Below are positions 50,231 through 61,960 of a DNA stretch of 64,000 nucleotides, piece by piece. How positions within the stretch are numbered: position 1 is the first letter of the stretch; each line of letters opens with the position of its first letter. The notes beneath the pieces are model-generated. The model was not told the origin of the DNA, made no database searches, and worked only from the letters and a program-made list of their open reading frames with translations. The position numbers and the translations under genes are program-made. The DNA is from Raja brachyura (taxonomy: Eukaryota). The stretch is from contig OY740792.1 of the NCBI GenBank assembly GCA_963514005.1, forward strand, positions 18,786,001-18,850,000, given 5' to 3'.

Positions 50231-50665
50231 GGGTGGCATGGTGGTGCAGCAATGGAGTTGCTGCCTTACAGCATCAGAGACCTAGGTTTCCTCCCACGCC
50301 CCAAAGATGTACAGGTTTGAAGGCTAATTGGCGTCGGTAAAAATTGTAAGTTGTCCCTAGTGTGTGTGGGGTAGTGTTAGTGTGCAGGGGTTCACTGGTT
50401 GATGCGGACTTGGTGGGCTGAAGAGCCTGCTCCCGTGCTGTATCCCTGGATCAGTTCGATTTTGGAGTCAAAGTCCGTAGCTCCCGGAATGGCAACAAAA
50501 GTAGATAGAGTTTTAAAGGAATTTTCCAGTCTGAGGAAGGGTTTCGGCCCAAAACGTTGCCTATTTCCTTCGCTCCATAGATGTTGCCAGATGTGGTCAG
50601 GATCGAACCCGGGTCTCTGGCTCTGCAAAGTAGCAACTCTACCACTGTGCCACTACGCTGCCCTT
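50231..50665. mobile_element. Rearranged SINE: plus body (50231-50450), Penelope fragment (~50528-50590) and inverted SINE head (~50597-50665)
   Basis: SINE head present in both orientations; CTGAGGAAGGGTTTCGGCCCAAAACGTT in between. Confidence 0.7.
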
Positions 50666-50764
50666 GGTATGCAGGAGAGGCAGCAGTCGAGGCGAGACAG
50701 GTAACAACAGAGATACCATTATAAACAGTATCATCTTATGAGATCATAGTTGTCTCTGCCTTCA

Positions 50765-51150
50765 GAGAAACATAGAAACATGGAAAATAGGTGCAGGAGT
50801 AGGCCATTCGGCCCTTTGAGCCAGCACCGCCATTCAATATGATCATGGCTGACCATCCACAATCAGTACCTCGTCCTGCTTTTTCCCTATATCCCTTGAT
50901 TCCGCTAGCCTTAAGAATTAAATCTAACTCTTGCTTGAAAACATCCAGTGAATTGGCCTCCATTGCCCTCTGTGGCGGAGAATTCCACTGACTCACAACT
51001 CTCTGGGTGGAAAGGTTTTTCCTCATCTCAGTCCTAAATGGCCTACCCCTTATTCTTAATCGGTGACCTGTGGTTCTCGATTCCCCCAACATTGGGAACA
51101 TTTTACCTGCATCTAGTCTGTCCAATCCCTTAAGAATTTTATACGTTTCA
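50765..51150 (-). mobile_element. CR1 3'-end fragment
   Basis: LDAGKMFPMLGESRT...TQRVVSQWNS; CATAGAAA tail. Confidence 0.9.
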
Positions 51151-51179
51151 AAAAGCTCATACTAAGCTTCAAGATAATA

Positions 51180-51866
51180 GTGGTGGCGTACGTAGGATAG
51201 GTGTCGGTGAGCAGGCTGTGGGCTCACCTCTCACGCCCAAGGAGCACTCTGGGTGGCAGCAGCAGGCATCCCAGCCCATGGAGGCTGAGCAGTGGCAGTG
51301 GGAGGTGAGGGGACGGAGCGCTTGTGGGTCGATGCGCCTGTAGAGTGGGCCGCTAGAGGCCCTGCAGCAGCCAAAGGATCGTGTGCATCAGGCATCTGCT
51401 GGAGGCCCCACAGAGGTCAGATGAGTGTGAATCATCTCAAGGGATCAATGGTGATTTATTGTCACATGTACCCAGGTATAATACATCATTAACAGGGAAT
51501 GAAGCAGCATGGAGTAGTGGAGCAGCAATGGATGACACCAACTGTATCACCAGGCCAAGCTCGGACAGATTGATATCCCTGCAATACCAACACAGTACCA
51601 CCGCCATGACAACGGGCGTTTAAGGCCAAGGCTTCTCGGTTTTAAGAACTTGAAACTTAAAGGGCACAAGATGGTGCTGAAAATGAGGTGACTCGGTGTA
51701 CTGTCTACTATTCTTACACTACGATCGTTGCACAGGAGTACTTATTTATGAATATGCTTATGTATTGTGTGATTTTACTGAATTGTGTTCAAAGCAAAAA
51801 ATATCATTGTACCTGGGTGTATGTGACGATAAAGGGCCACTGATCCCTTGAGATGATTTCTCACTC
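51180..51866 (+). mobile_element. GC-rich non-coding element with Rex1-like tail and an internal inverted copy of its 3' end
   Basis: Body matches 18744-18830; 51423-51482 is the inverse of ~51806-51866. Confidence 0.55.
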
Positions 51867-52371
51867 CACACACCATTATTGTTCCACTCATACCTTTAAC
51901 CTTGATATGTCTTCCTCTCACTGCACTTGGAATGACTTAGATAATTATTTCTGGGTCACTGCAGGCAGGGATCTTTTTTCTGCCTTCTCCAATAGGTCAC
52001 ATGAACCAAGTCTGAAAATGCTGGTGCCTTTTCCCTCTCAGTATCCTGCCTAGGAGTACCTCCAGCCTTCCCAGACCTGTGGAATACGCCCCACCACCAG
52101 TCATGAGCAATGAGTCCCTTGTCTTTAAGAGACAGAGGCTTGGCTTCAGTTAACACCAGCAGGCTCCATTTGATGCCACTATTCACATACATGGTTCTCT
52201 TGGACATGTGATAAAGCAGAGAACAATGCAATTAATGGTGCCTGGATGTTAAATTGTATGACTGGGAAGGTGCAAGAACTTTGTTTAGATCCTGTAAAGG
52301 GTCAAAAGGGGAATGATAAATTTCAAATTGCCAACTTAGCATCCATTTTCAAGTGATATCAAATGTACTTT

Positions 52372-52665
52372 AGACTTTACTTTAGCCTTCCTTTTGAAAA
52401 ACAGTGCAAAAACAGGCTCTTCAGCCCAGGGGGTCTGCACCTCATACACTATCACCATCCTACACAATAGGGAAAATATACAAGTTTTACCAAAGCCAAT
52501 TAACCTATAAACCTGTACATCTTTGGAGAATGTGAGGAAACTGGATCACCCAGAGAAAACCCATGCTGTAACGGGGAGAACATACATGCTCTGTATAGAC
52601 AGCACACATAGTCGGGATCAAACCCAAGCCTCTGGCGCTCTAAGGCAGCAAATCTACTGTGTCAC
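52372..52665 (-). mobile_element. tRNA-derived SINE (HE1-like)
   Basis: Body similarity to 42665-42988. Confidence 0.8.
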
Positions 52666-53941
52666 CACAATTGTGAGGTAACCATGTCGCCTCAATTGTG
52701 ATACAACAAACATAGAACAATATTCTCTGAAACATATTTGGAAAAATACAGAATTTCTTATCTGTTTTTTTATTTTACATAGTTATTCTGATTCCAACCA
52801 TTGAAATCTAATTTTCCATGTAGTATATAATGGCAAGACAACTATCCTTAGGTTCTATGAATTACCTGCAATCAGCTTTATTACCAGATATCAAGGCTGA
52901 GTTCTGAGATTTTGGACAAACGTTAATTAGTTTTGGCTACTTTCAAGTTTAGCATTTGAAATAAACACAAAACCCCAATGTGATGGCAGAATAGATCCCA
53001 AGACATGATAACGTCGCTTTGATGAATCGATGCAGACTATGATTTCAATGGAATCATAAATTGTTGCTTTTGTATTTAACAGCAATTCATAAATTCTTTC
53101 TTCTTAAAAACTGGATTAGAATTATCAGAATCCTCATTATCCCAGCGTTAATGGTCTTCTTAGATCCCATGAACTTTTTGAAGCATTGCACTCTGCTCAA
53201 AGGGCTCTTACAATTCCTCCTGTATCTCAAATATTCTCCATTATGCCAAGGGCACTACATGAAACTTCAATTGTTTCTATTTCTTGATAATTATTTCATT
53301 GTTGACTTCCATTCCCATCATTCTCAGAGGGATTTACTGACAGCCTGACTACAGAATGATAGATGGTTTTCTTACCAGGAATAATGACAAAGATCTTTGA
53401 AGATATGAAGTAAAGCTTGCTCTCCTCAGAAGGCCGTAGTGTGTCTTTTGTCTATTGATGTGTTCTCATTTTCCCCATTTCCTCTTATTGCTAATAAGAA
53501 AAATATGATTATATTTCATGTGTCTGGCTCATAATGAATTAGAAATGTATTTCTACAGCCATTACTCTTTGTCTCTCACAATTAGACAAATAAATCAAAA
53601 TGGCCCTATTGCGACAACTAATCTTTTTGCTAACAAACTGAATGAAGCCTATCCATCTCTGCCACTAACATGCAAAATTGATAATAAGCTACAATTGTTT
53701 TTGCTTTAGTTCCACCTCATTATTTCACTTTTAATTTTAAATCAGCTTTTTCATCAATAATTTCAGTTTTCACAACGTGACTGGTTCCTTTTACTTTTCC
53801 AATATGATTAGAAATACAATGGAGGTGAATTGCCATGGATTTCTCATGTTTGACCATCATATAGTTGCCCAAAGACTCACAGAATACCCAGATTATCCAG
53901 AGATGGCATTTCCTCTTGTTGTGAACAATTATCCAGAACAG

Positions 53942-54334
53942 TGAAGCAGCAGTGGAGTTGCTGCCTTACAGTGCCAGAGATCCAGGTTCAATCCTGACTA
54001 TGGATGCTTTCACGGGTTTTCTCTGAGTGCTCTGTTTTCCTCCTACATTCCATAGCGGCGCAGGTTTGTAGGTTTAAGAGTTCAAGAGTTCAAGAGAGTT
54101 TTATTGTCATGTGTCCCTGATAGGACAATGAAATTCTTGCTTTGCTTTCGCACAACAGAACATAGTAGGTACGAATAATGAACAGATCAGTGTGTCCATA
54201 TACCATTAATTGACTTCTGTAAATTGTCCCCAGTGTCGGATAGAATTAGTGTGTGGGTGATCGCTGGTCCACACGGACTCAATGGGCCGAAGGGCCAGTT
54301 TCCACACTGCATCTCTAAAACTAAAACTAAAACT
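53942..54334 (+). mobile_element. SINE (HE1-like) interrupted by a minus-strand Rex1 3' tail (~54075-54206)
   Basis: SINE sequence GTAGGTT|AATTG is split by (AAGAGTTC)n TTTATTGTCATGTGTCCC. Confidence 0.8.
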
Positions 54335-55104
54335 ATCCAAGGGAAAGCAATGTCTCTTCAATGAACTATTGCAGATATTGCAGAATGAAAATCCACAAGG
54401 TGTTGTACTTAAGTGTATTTTGTAACTTCTCTTTGATACATGATCAAAAATAAAGCAGTATTTTCCCTTTCTTGTCCTGCCACTTTGCTTATACTTCAGA
54501 ATGTGCTCACTCTATTAGCAGCCACATTAATCTTTTTCCAACATCTTAAGCCATTTTGCAGATTGCCACCTTCTTCCTGTCCTAATAAGCTTGTAAAATC
54601 TGATTAATGCAACTTTGAGCTTTCTTCCATGAAATCAAATCAGACTGTCCTGCTCGGAATTTGTACAGTAATTGCATGGTCTACCCTACTAACTTTTCTC
54701 TCATTATCCTGTTCAGGGGCTCGTTGTGTTTTGTGGTTTTGACATATCAAAGCAAACTGGGCTAATATTCATAATAAAATTCTTTGGCTTTTTAAACCTC
54801 AGTATGCAGTGGTGCGTTAAACAAAATTACGATACACCATTGGGAGGAATGATTAATGTTTGTCACTTTACTCCCTCATTTTGGATTCAGTATTTGTGAA
54901 TGTTGTCATGAATGTTTATACAGAGGCCCGTGAGTTGTTTTTTTTTTTTGTGTGTATGTGTAAATCCGGTGTTCCTATTCATTTGTTTCAAATACATCAT
55001 AATTTGTGACATTTCTATTTCATATTTGTTCTGCTTCTGATTTGCTAGGTATCTTCTCAATACTGGGGCTGCACAGCTACCAAGGCCCGAGGTACTCCTG
55101 CACC

Positions 55105-58100
55105 CTATCTTTGTAGTAATTCTATAAATGCAGACCACGTCTGATAGAAGTGTTCCGATTTTCCTTCCAGGCGGAGTCTCATATCTTCCATATCTAGTGG
55201 TTCAAACCACATATTTAATGTTGGTATAGGAGCATTTTTCCAGAATTTTAAGATTAGTTTTTTTCCTATTATTAAGCCGTAATCAAATAAATTATTTTGA
55301 TACATGTTTAATTCCGAACTACCTTCTGTCATTCCGAAAATAATCCATTCTGGCTTTGGTGTCATTTTTATTTTAAACAGTTTTGTGAAAATTTCAAAGA
55401 TTTCAATCCAAAACCTTTGAAGTTTTGAAATCGTATTTAATTTTGTTTTTGAGTAGTATAATCTGTGTATTGTTTTAAATTGTATTAAAGTGTGTCTTAC
55501 ATTAATTGAGCATTTGTGCACATTTAATAAGTATTCTTTCCACCTTTCATTGGAAATGTTTATGCTTAGTTCGTTTTCCCACTCACCTCTAATGCCTTCC
55601 ATTGTTGGTATTACTGCATTTAGTATATTATATATATGTGAAATTTAATTTGCTGATTCCGCTTTTGTATTCATTACTTCATCTAGTAAGTCTAATGGCA
55701 TTTTGTGACATTCATGTGCATGTTTTTTCAAATAATCACATATTTGGAAATATTTAAAATACTGATTGTTACCCAGATTGTATTTTAGTTGTAATTGTTT
55801 AAATGATAATAGTTTTCCCGTATCATACAAATCTCCCAAAGTTTTAATTCCTGCTCTTTCCCATTGTATAAATGCTTTGTCTATAATTGGGGGTTTAAAC
55901 AGAGGGTTTTTAGCAATAAGAGATAGGAGAGATAAGTTTCTTAATTTTAAATTGTATTTTATTTGTTTCCAAATTCTGATTGTACTATGTATAATTGGGT
56001 TTTTGTTGTAGTTTGTATTATTCACCGTCATTGGTGAAAGAAGGATCGCACCAATATTAAAGGGGGAGCAGTCCTCTTTCTCCATAATGATCCATTCCGG
56101 TTGATGAAGAGAATTATCCAACAATTGAATCATATTTCTAATATTTACCGACCAATAATAATACATAAAATTAGGGAGTGCTAATCCCCCTACTACTTTG
56201 GGTTTATTCAGGTATGGTCTTTGTATTCTATGTGTCTTATAATCCCAAATAAAATTTGTTATATCTGAGTCCAATTAAAAAAAAAACTTTTTAGGTAGAT
56301 ATAGTGGGATTGATTGGAACAAGTATAGAATTGTGGTAGAAAAATTATTTTTATAGCATTTATTCAACCTATTAAGGATATCGGAAGCGTTTTCCAGAAT
56401 TTAATTAAATTATGTAGTTTCTTAAGTACAGGGTTATAGTTTGCTTTAAACATGTCTTGATATCTTCTAGTAATTTCAAGACCCACGTATTTAAATTTTT
56501 CCACAGCTATTTTAAAAGGAAATTGTACGAGATGTGTAGAATCTTTTATTCCAATTTATTCTATAACCTGAAAATGAACCAAAATCCTCAATTAAATTTA
56601 AAATGTTGGATATAGTGATATGAGGCTTCGTGATGTACAAAAGTACATCATCAGCGTATAATGATATTTTATTGTTTGAATATTTTGTCTTATATCCGTG
56701 GGTATTCGGATGAGTTCTAATTATTTCCGCTAGTGGTTCAATTATGAGGGCAAATATCAATGGTGATAATGAACAACCTTGTCTATTACCCCTTGACAGT
56801 TGAAATTTTGTGGATAAAATATCATTAGTTAATATTCTGGCTGTTGGCTTATTTTATACTAATTTAATCCATTGAATGAAATTGTCTCCCAGTTGGAATT
56901 TTTGCAATACCTTAACCATATACTTCCATTCAACCTGATCGAATGCTTTCTCTGCAAACAGCGAAATAATTGCAAAATTTGGATCTTTAGTTTGGTGTGG
57001 GTGCATTATGTCAAGCAGACGTCTCAAATTATTAAAAGAATGTCTCTTAGGGATAAACCCCGTTTGATCTGGGTGTATTAATTTAATGGCGTACTTACTT
57101 AATCTTCTTGCTAATATTTTTGCTAATATTTTTTGATCTGTATTTAACAACACGATAGCTCTATAAGATCCAGGTTCTTCCTCATCTTTATCTTTCTTAA
57201 GTATTAGTGTAATTGTAGATTCTGCTAATGTATCAGGTAATATTTGTTCTCTGAAAGCGTGTGTGTACATTTTCTGTAAATGAGGACTACATATATCATA
57301 AAAACTTTTATAGAATTCATTACTAAATCCGTCGGGACCTGGTGTTTTTCCATTTTTTAATGAGAATATTGTTTCTTCTATTTCCTTATTTGAGATTTGT
57401 CCTCCCAATTCCTCTTGTTTCTGCAATTCTAGTTTGGGAAGATTGCAATTATCCAAAAACTCAGTGATTGTGTTGGTGTCCGTTGTCATTTTGGATGTAT
57501 ACAAATTCTCATAAAATTGCACAAATCTTTTATTAATTTCAATCGGTAATGTTAATACTTCCCCTCTGTCTGATTTAATCTTTGAAATCGTGTGTACCTT
57601 TTCTTGTAGTTTTAATTGGCGTGCGAGAAGTTTATGAGGCTTCTCCCCAAATTCAAACTGTTCCTGTCTTGTAATTTGGAATAATCTTATAACTTTCTCT
57701 GATAGTAATTTATTTAATTTGAATTTTAGTATTAATATTTTATTATGTTTAACCATGGACGGGTCTTTAGCATTATCTGTATCCAATTGTCTAATTTGTT
57801 CCTCTAGCTGCCATTGTTCATTCTTATTTTTTTATTCTGAAAGGCTTGGTATGAAATTATAACACCTCTAATAAAAGCTTTGAAAGATTCCCATAATAAA
57901 GTAGGTGGTGTATCTGGCATATCATTTATTTTGACAAAAAGATCCATTTGCTGTCTTAGATATATACTCCCTTGCGGGTCTTTTAAAATTTGGGGGTTAT
58001 ACCTCCAGAACGATGTATTCATAGACATACCTTCTAATTTTTTTTTAAAGTTAGAGGGGAATGATCTGAAATCGTATTTGTATGGTATTTTGGGTTAAGA

Positions 58101-58777
58101 GTATACGGAATTAATTTTGTGTCTACCAGGAAATAATCTATACGAGAATAAGTCTTGTGTACCAATGAATAAAACTAATATTCCTTGCCCGTCGGATTTG
58201 CAATCCTCCAAACATCGGTTATATTTGTATTTTTTATATATGTGTTTAAAAGTTCACTAGTTTTAGATTTCGTATTACCTCGTTGTTTTTGACTAGATTT
58301 ATCTAAATAAGGATCGAAGACACAGTTAAAGTCTCCCCCAATTATAACATTCTGGTAATTATATTCTGCAATTATATTCAAAATTTTATTTTAAAAATGT
58401 GGATTATCAAAGTTAGGCACATATATATTTACCAATGTGATTGGGATTGCATGGATCTCACCGGTAACTATCAAATATCTCCCATCCTTATCTGCTAAGG
58501 TATTTTTCTGTTTACATGGTATACCTTTGCGAATCATGATGGATGTGCCTCTGCATTTTGACGTGTATGACGAATGAAAAGTTTGACCTATCCAGTTGGC
58601 CCTTAATTTGACTTGATCTTGAACGTTAAGATGCGTTTCTTGGAGGAAGATAACATCTGATTTAAATGCTTTCAGCTGTGATAAAATCTTACCCTTTTTA
58701 ATACGTTCGTTAGCCCCCCTGATATTCCAACTGCAAAATGCGATTCCTCACAATTTATTTTGTTTAGTGTCTTGCAT
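55105..58777 (-). pseudogene. L1 ORF2 (APE endonuclease plus RT), many stops and frameshifts
   Basis: FCSWNIRG, FLQETH, IIGGDFN, KTPGPDGF, AEKAFDQVEW, SLYADD, GGLALPN. Confidence 0.92.
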
Positions 58778-59711
58778 TTTTGGCTAGGTTTAGTACCTAT
58801 GTATCTTACGGTGCATCCGTCCCTCAGGTCTTTAAACAATGCGGGAACGGTCAACCTACCAAGTTCAATTTGTGGATTTCCTTTGCGATTATCCTTGAAT
58901 AAAAAAAACACACATGTGATTAATTGTGATAGTAAAAAAAAATAGTAAAAGTGAAAATACAGTGACCGAGCTTGTCGGCACTGTAATAAGTGGCCCACCT
59001 GTTGGCGGGAGAAAACATTATATCGACTTCCATTGTCGATGTTAATAAACAAATAGCTCCGTTCCCTGAATAAGTCATAACATATCCATACTAGAACCGA
59101 GCCGATTCCAAATCAACTACATCATACCTAATTGCAGTACATATATCCATTTCATATGTATTCCCAAATATATCTAACTGTTCTATCTATAGAGTGTTAA
59201 GCATCAGTTTTTACCTCGATAATAATCAGCTATTGGTTGAAGGGGCTACCTGGGGCAGGCTTCTGGATCTGAGCCAGGAGCCCGTCATCCCCCTCACAAC
59301 CCGGTTATAAATCTGCTTAAAACTTATTAAGATATTAAGTTATAGATGTTCGTTTGTAAATCAGCCCCTTACTAGCGATCTGGTTAGTATTCATTACAAT
59401 TTCTATAATAATATTCTATATTTTAAGTGTTAAAAGTGTTACTTCTATAACATTAGGTTATTCAGTTACATTTTTAAACCACGGTAATTGCTCTGTTCAG
59501 ATTATATTGTAAAGCTCTGTATTCAATGTTTATCTTTTTCCACTTCACTTGGAACCCAGTATGTCCTTGAATTAACATTCCTCGATAAGCCGTCGAGTCA
59601 AAACACTGGGAGAGTTCCATCTTCTGTTGAACACATTTCATGATGAAATAATAAGAGAAAGAATATCCATACAATTCAGCTTTTCAAGTTACTGATTCTC
59701 TTCCACGATGG

Positions 59712-60749
59712 TTAAGGCATATTTACATGCGCTCTCCAGATTTGTAAACGATTTTTGCTGATCCTTGTAAGAAATACGCATTCTCCAGGGACTCCATATC
59801 TGACACCCTTCATGCCTTGGAGAGCTTGCTTTACCTTATAGAACTGATTTCTTTTCTGGACAACTTCATAGGGATAATCTCTAAATATTTTTAAGGTTGA
59901 CTGCTCGTATTTCAGTGGTACTCCATATTTAATATTGTTCATAACCTCTTCCATGCCAGAAATGTCCCGGAATTTCACAATGATCTGACGTGTGTATTCT
60001 GAGCCTGTTTGGGATTTTTGTTTGAATCTCAGAATTCGATGTGCTGCTTCAATTTTCGGAAGGTTAGGGAGATTGAGAGCTTCTTTAATTAGATCCGCAG
60101 CAAACTCCCGAGGGTTATCTCCCTTGGCTTCCTCGGGTACTCCTACTAGCCTTAGATTAAAGCGTCTCGAACAAGTTTCCAAGTCTAAGCACTTATCCGA
60201 ACATTTTGCCAGCTGTTTTGCAGTGAGGTCGTGCTGTATCTTCATTTTCTTCATATCCTCGGCCATTCATCCCATCTCTTCCTCCATCTCTTTCATTGTT
60301 TTCACATATGAGGAGACACTCATGCACTGCAGCAAACTTCTTATTAGTGTCCTCTTCCCCTTGTTCATTCACTCCAATAGTTCAACTCTCACATCTTCAA
60401 TTCTTTTATTTACGGCGTTGATCGAATCCTGCACAGACTCAATAACTTTCAAATTGCCCGTATTCTTATTCAGCATTAGCTTATCTGTCATATCTTTCAT
60501 AATTTTTTCCATGTGCGTTCCGTCCACCTTTTTATCTTTCAGTTCTCTTACCGTTTGCTTTAAGTCCTCCAAGTCTTTCTCCTTATCTGCCTTATCTGCC
60601 TTAGCTCTTGTAGACATTTTGGAAGGCAGTTTTCCTTCAAGAGCACCTTCAAAAGTCGATTCTTCAAGCTCTTCAGGCTCTTTCTCCGTGCTGTAGTATA
60701 TTTTTGAAATGCTTCTCTGAGGACTCTGATCAAAAATTGGATTCTGCAT
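59712..60749 (-). pseudogene. L1 ORF1 (coiled coil plus RRM), in-frame stops; start uncertain (60749 or 60617)
   Basis: DLETCSRRFNLRLVGVPE, IEAAHR, RQIIVKF, IFRDY motifs. Confidence 0.85.
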
Positions 60750-60944
60750 TTAAAGGGTTAAATCCAGAGTTTACTGCACAGCACTTGCTGATGACACCAT
60801 CAGCAAAGCATTCAAAGGCTCTGATAACTTATTTTAATCGGTCCCGATCTGTAGATCCAGTTTTAATGCAAAAAATCGCAAATTTTCGGGAGCGGAGCTA
60901 TGTGTGGCAACTGTTACCAAAACATGGCACAAAACCGGAAGTCC

Positions 60945-61112
60945 TATCCCAACATTTAAGAAGCAGTTAGACAGGTACATAGATAGGACAGGCTTGGAGG
61001 AATATGGACCAAACACAGGCAGTGGGACTGGTGTAACTGGAACATGTTGGCTGGTGTGGGCAAGTTGGATCAAAGGGCTGTTTCCACACTGTATTATTCT
61101 ATGACTATGAAT
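60945..61112 (+). mobile_element. CR1 3'-end fragment
   Basis: IPTFKKQLDRYIDRTGLEEYG; (CTATGA)n tail. Confidence 0.8.
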
Positions 61113-61960
61113 CTAATCTGGAGGTGTGCATTTCCACACTTCAGTACCTTTTCGCTGATGGGAGAGGGGAGAAGAGGGAGTAACCAGGGTGAGATGCGTC
61201 CTTGATTATGCTGGGGGAATGACTGCGTGCCTAAGCTCCAATGCCATCTATACATTTGCCGACAACACCACTGTGGTTGGCTGTATCACCGTATCTCTGT
61301 GTGTTCGGGTAAAGTGCCAGTGAAAATCAGTCATGATTGAATGGTGGAATAGACTTGATGAGCCGAATGGCCTAATTCTGCTCCTTGTGGCGGCACTGTG
61401 AAGATTCTGCGTACAGGAGAGAAATAGAACTCCTGGCTGAATTGTGCCATGATAACAACCTATTGCTCAATGTCAACAAAACCAATAAACTAATCATTAG
61501 TTTAGGTAAGGGGAATTCAGGAGACAGCGTGCCAGTTTTCACTGATGGGTTAGCAGTGGAAAGAATGAGCAGCTACTAATTCCTGGATGTTGACCTGTCA
61601 TGGACCCGACACATAGATGTAAGGAAGAGGAAGGTGCATCAGTGTTGTTACTTTCCTAGAAGTTTAAAGAAATTCGGCATGTCACTGAATACTCTAACAA
61701 ATTTTATTAGATGCATTGTAGAAAGCATCCTGACTGGTTGTTCCATGGCCTGGTATGGCAATTCCAACGCACTAGAATGCAAGAGGCTGCAGAGAGTGGT
61801 GGTCCATTGTTGACCAGCCCTCCTCCCCATTGAAAGCATCTACATGAGGTGCTGCCTTCAGAAGGTGGCATCTATCATCAAAGATCCTCACCATCGGGGC
61901 CATGTTCTATTCTCACTGTTACCGTTGGCCAGAGGTACAAAGGTCTGAGGTCCCACACCA

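Larger units (their letters stand above)
55105..60944 (-). mobile_element. Near full-length decayed L1 LINE (3' UTR may extend to the poly-A at 54937-54949)
   Basis: 5' GGACTTCCGGT start, ORF1, ~0.9-kb spacer, ORF2 with EN and RT. Confidence 0.9.

Noticed and set aside
53061-53348. 95-aa hydrophobic ORF or exon
   Set aside because: TTG start, AT-rich composition, no recognisable domain or paired splice sites.
59992-60696. 234-aa antisense ORF over L1 ORF1
   Set aside because: Ser/Phe/Leu-rich shadow of Lys/Glu-rich coiled-coil codons, GTG start, no recognisable domain.
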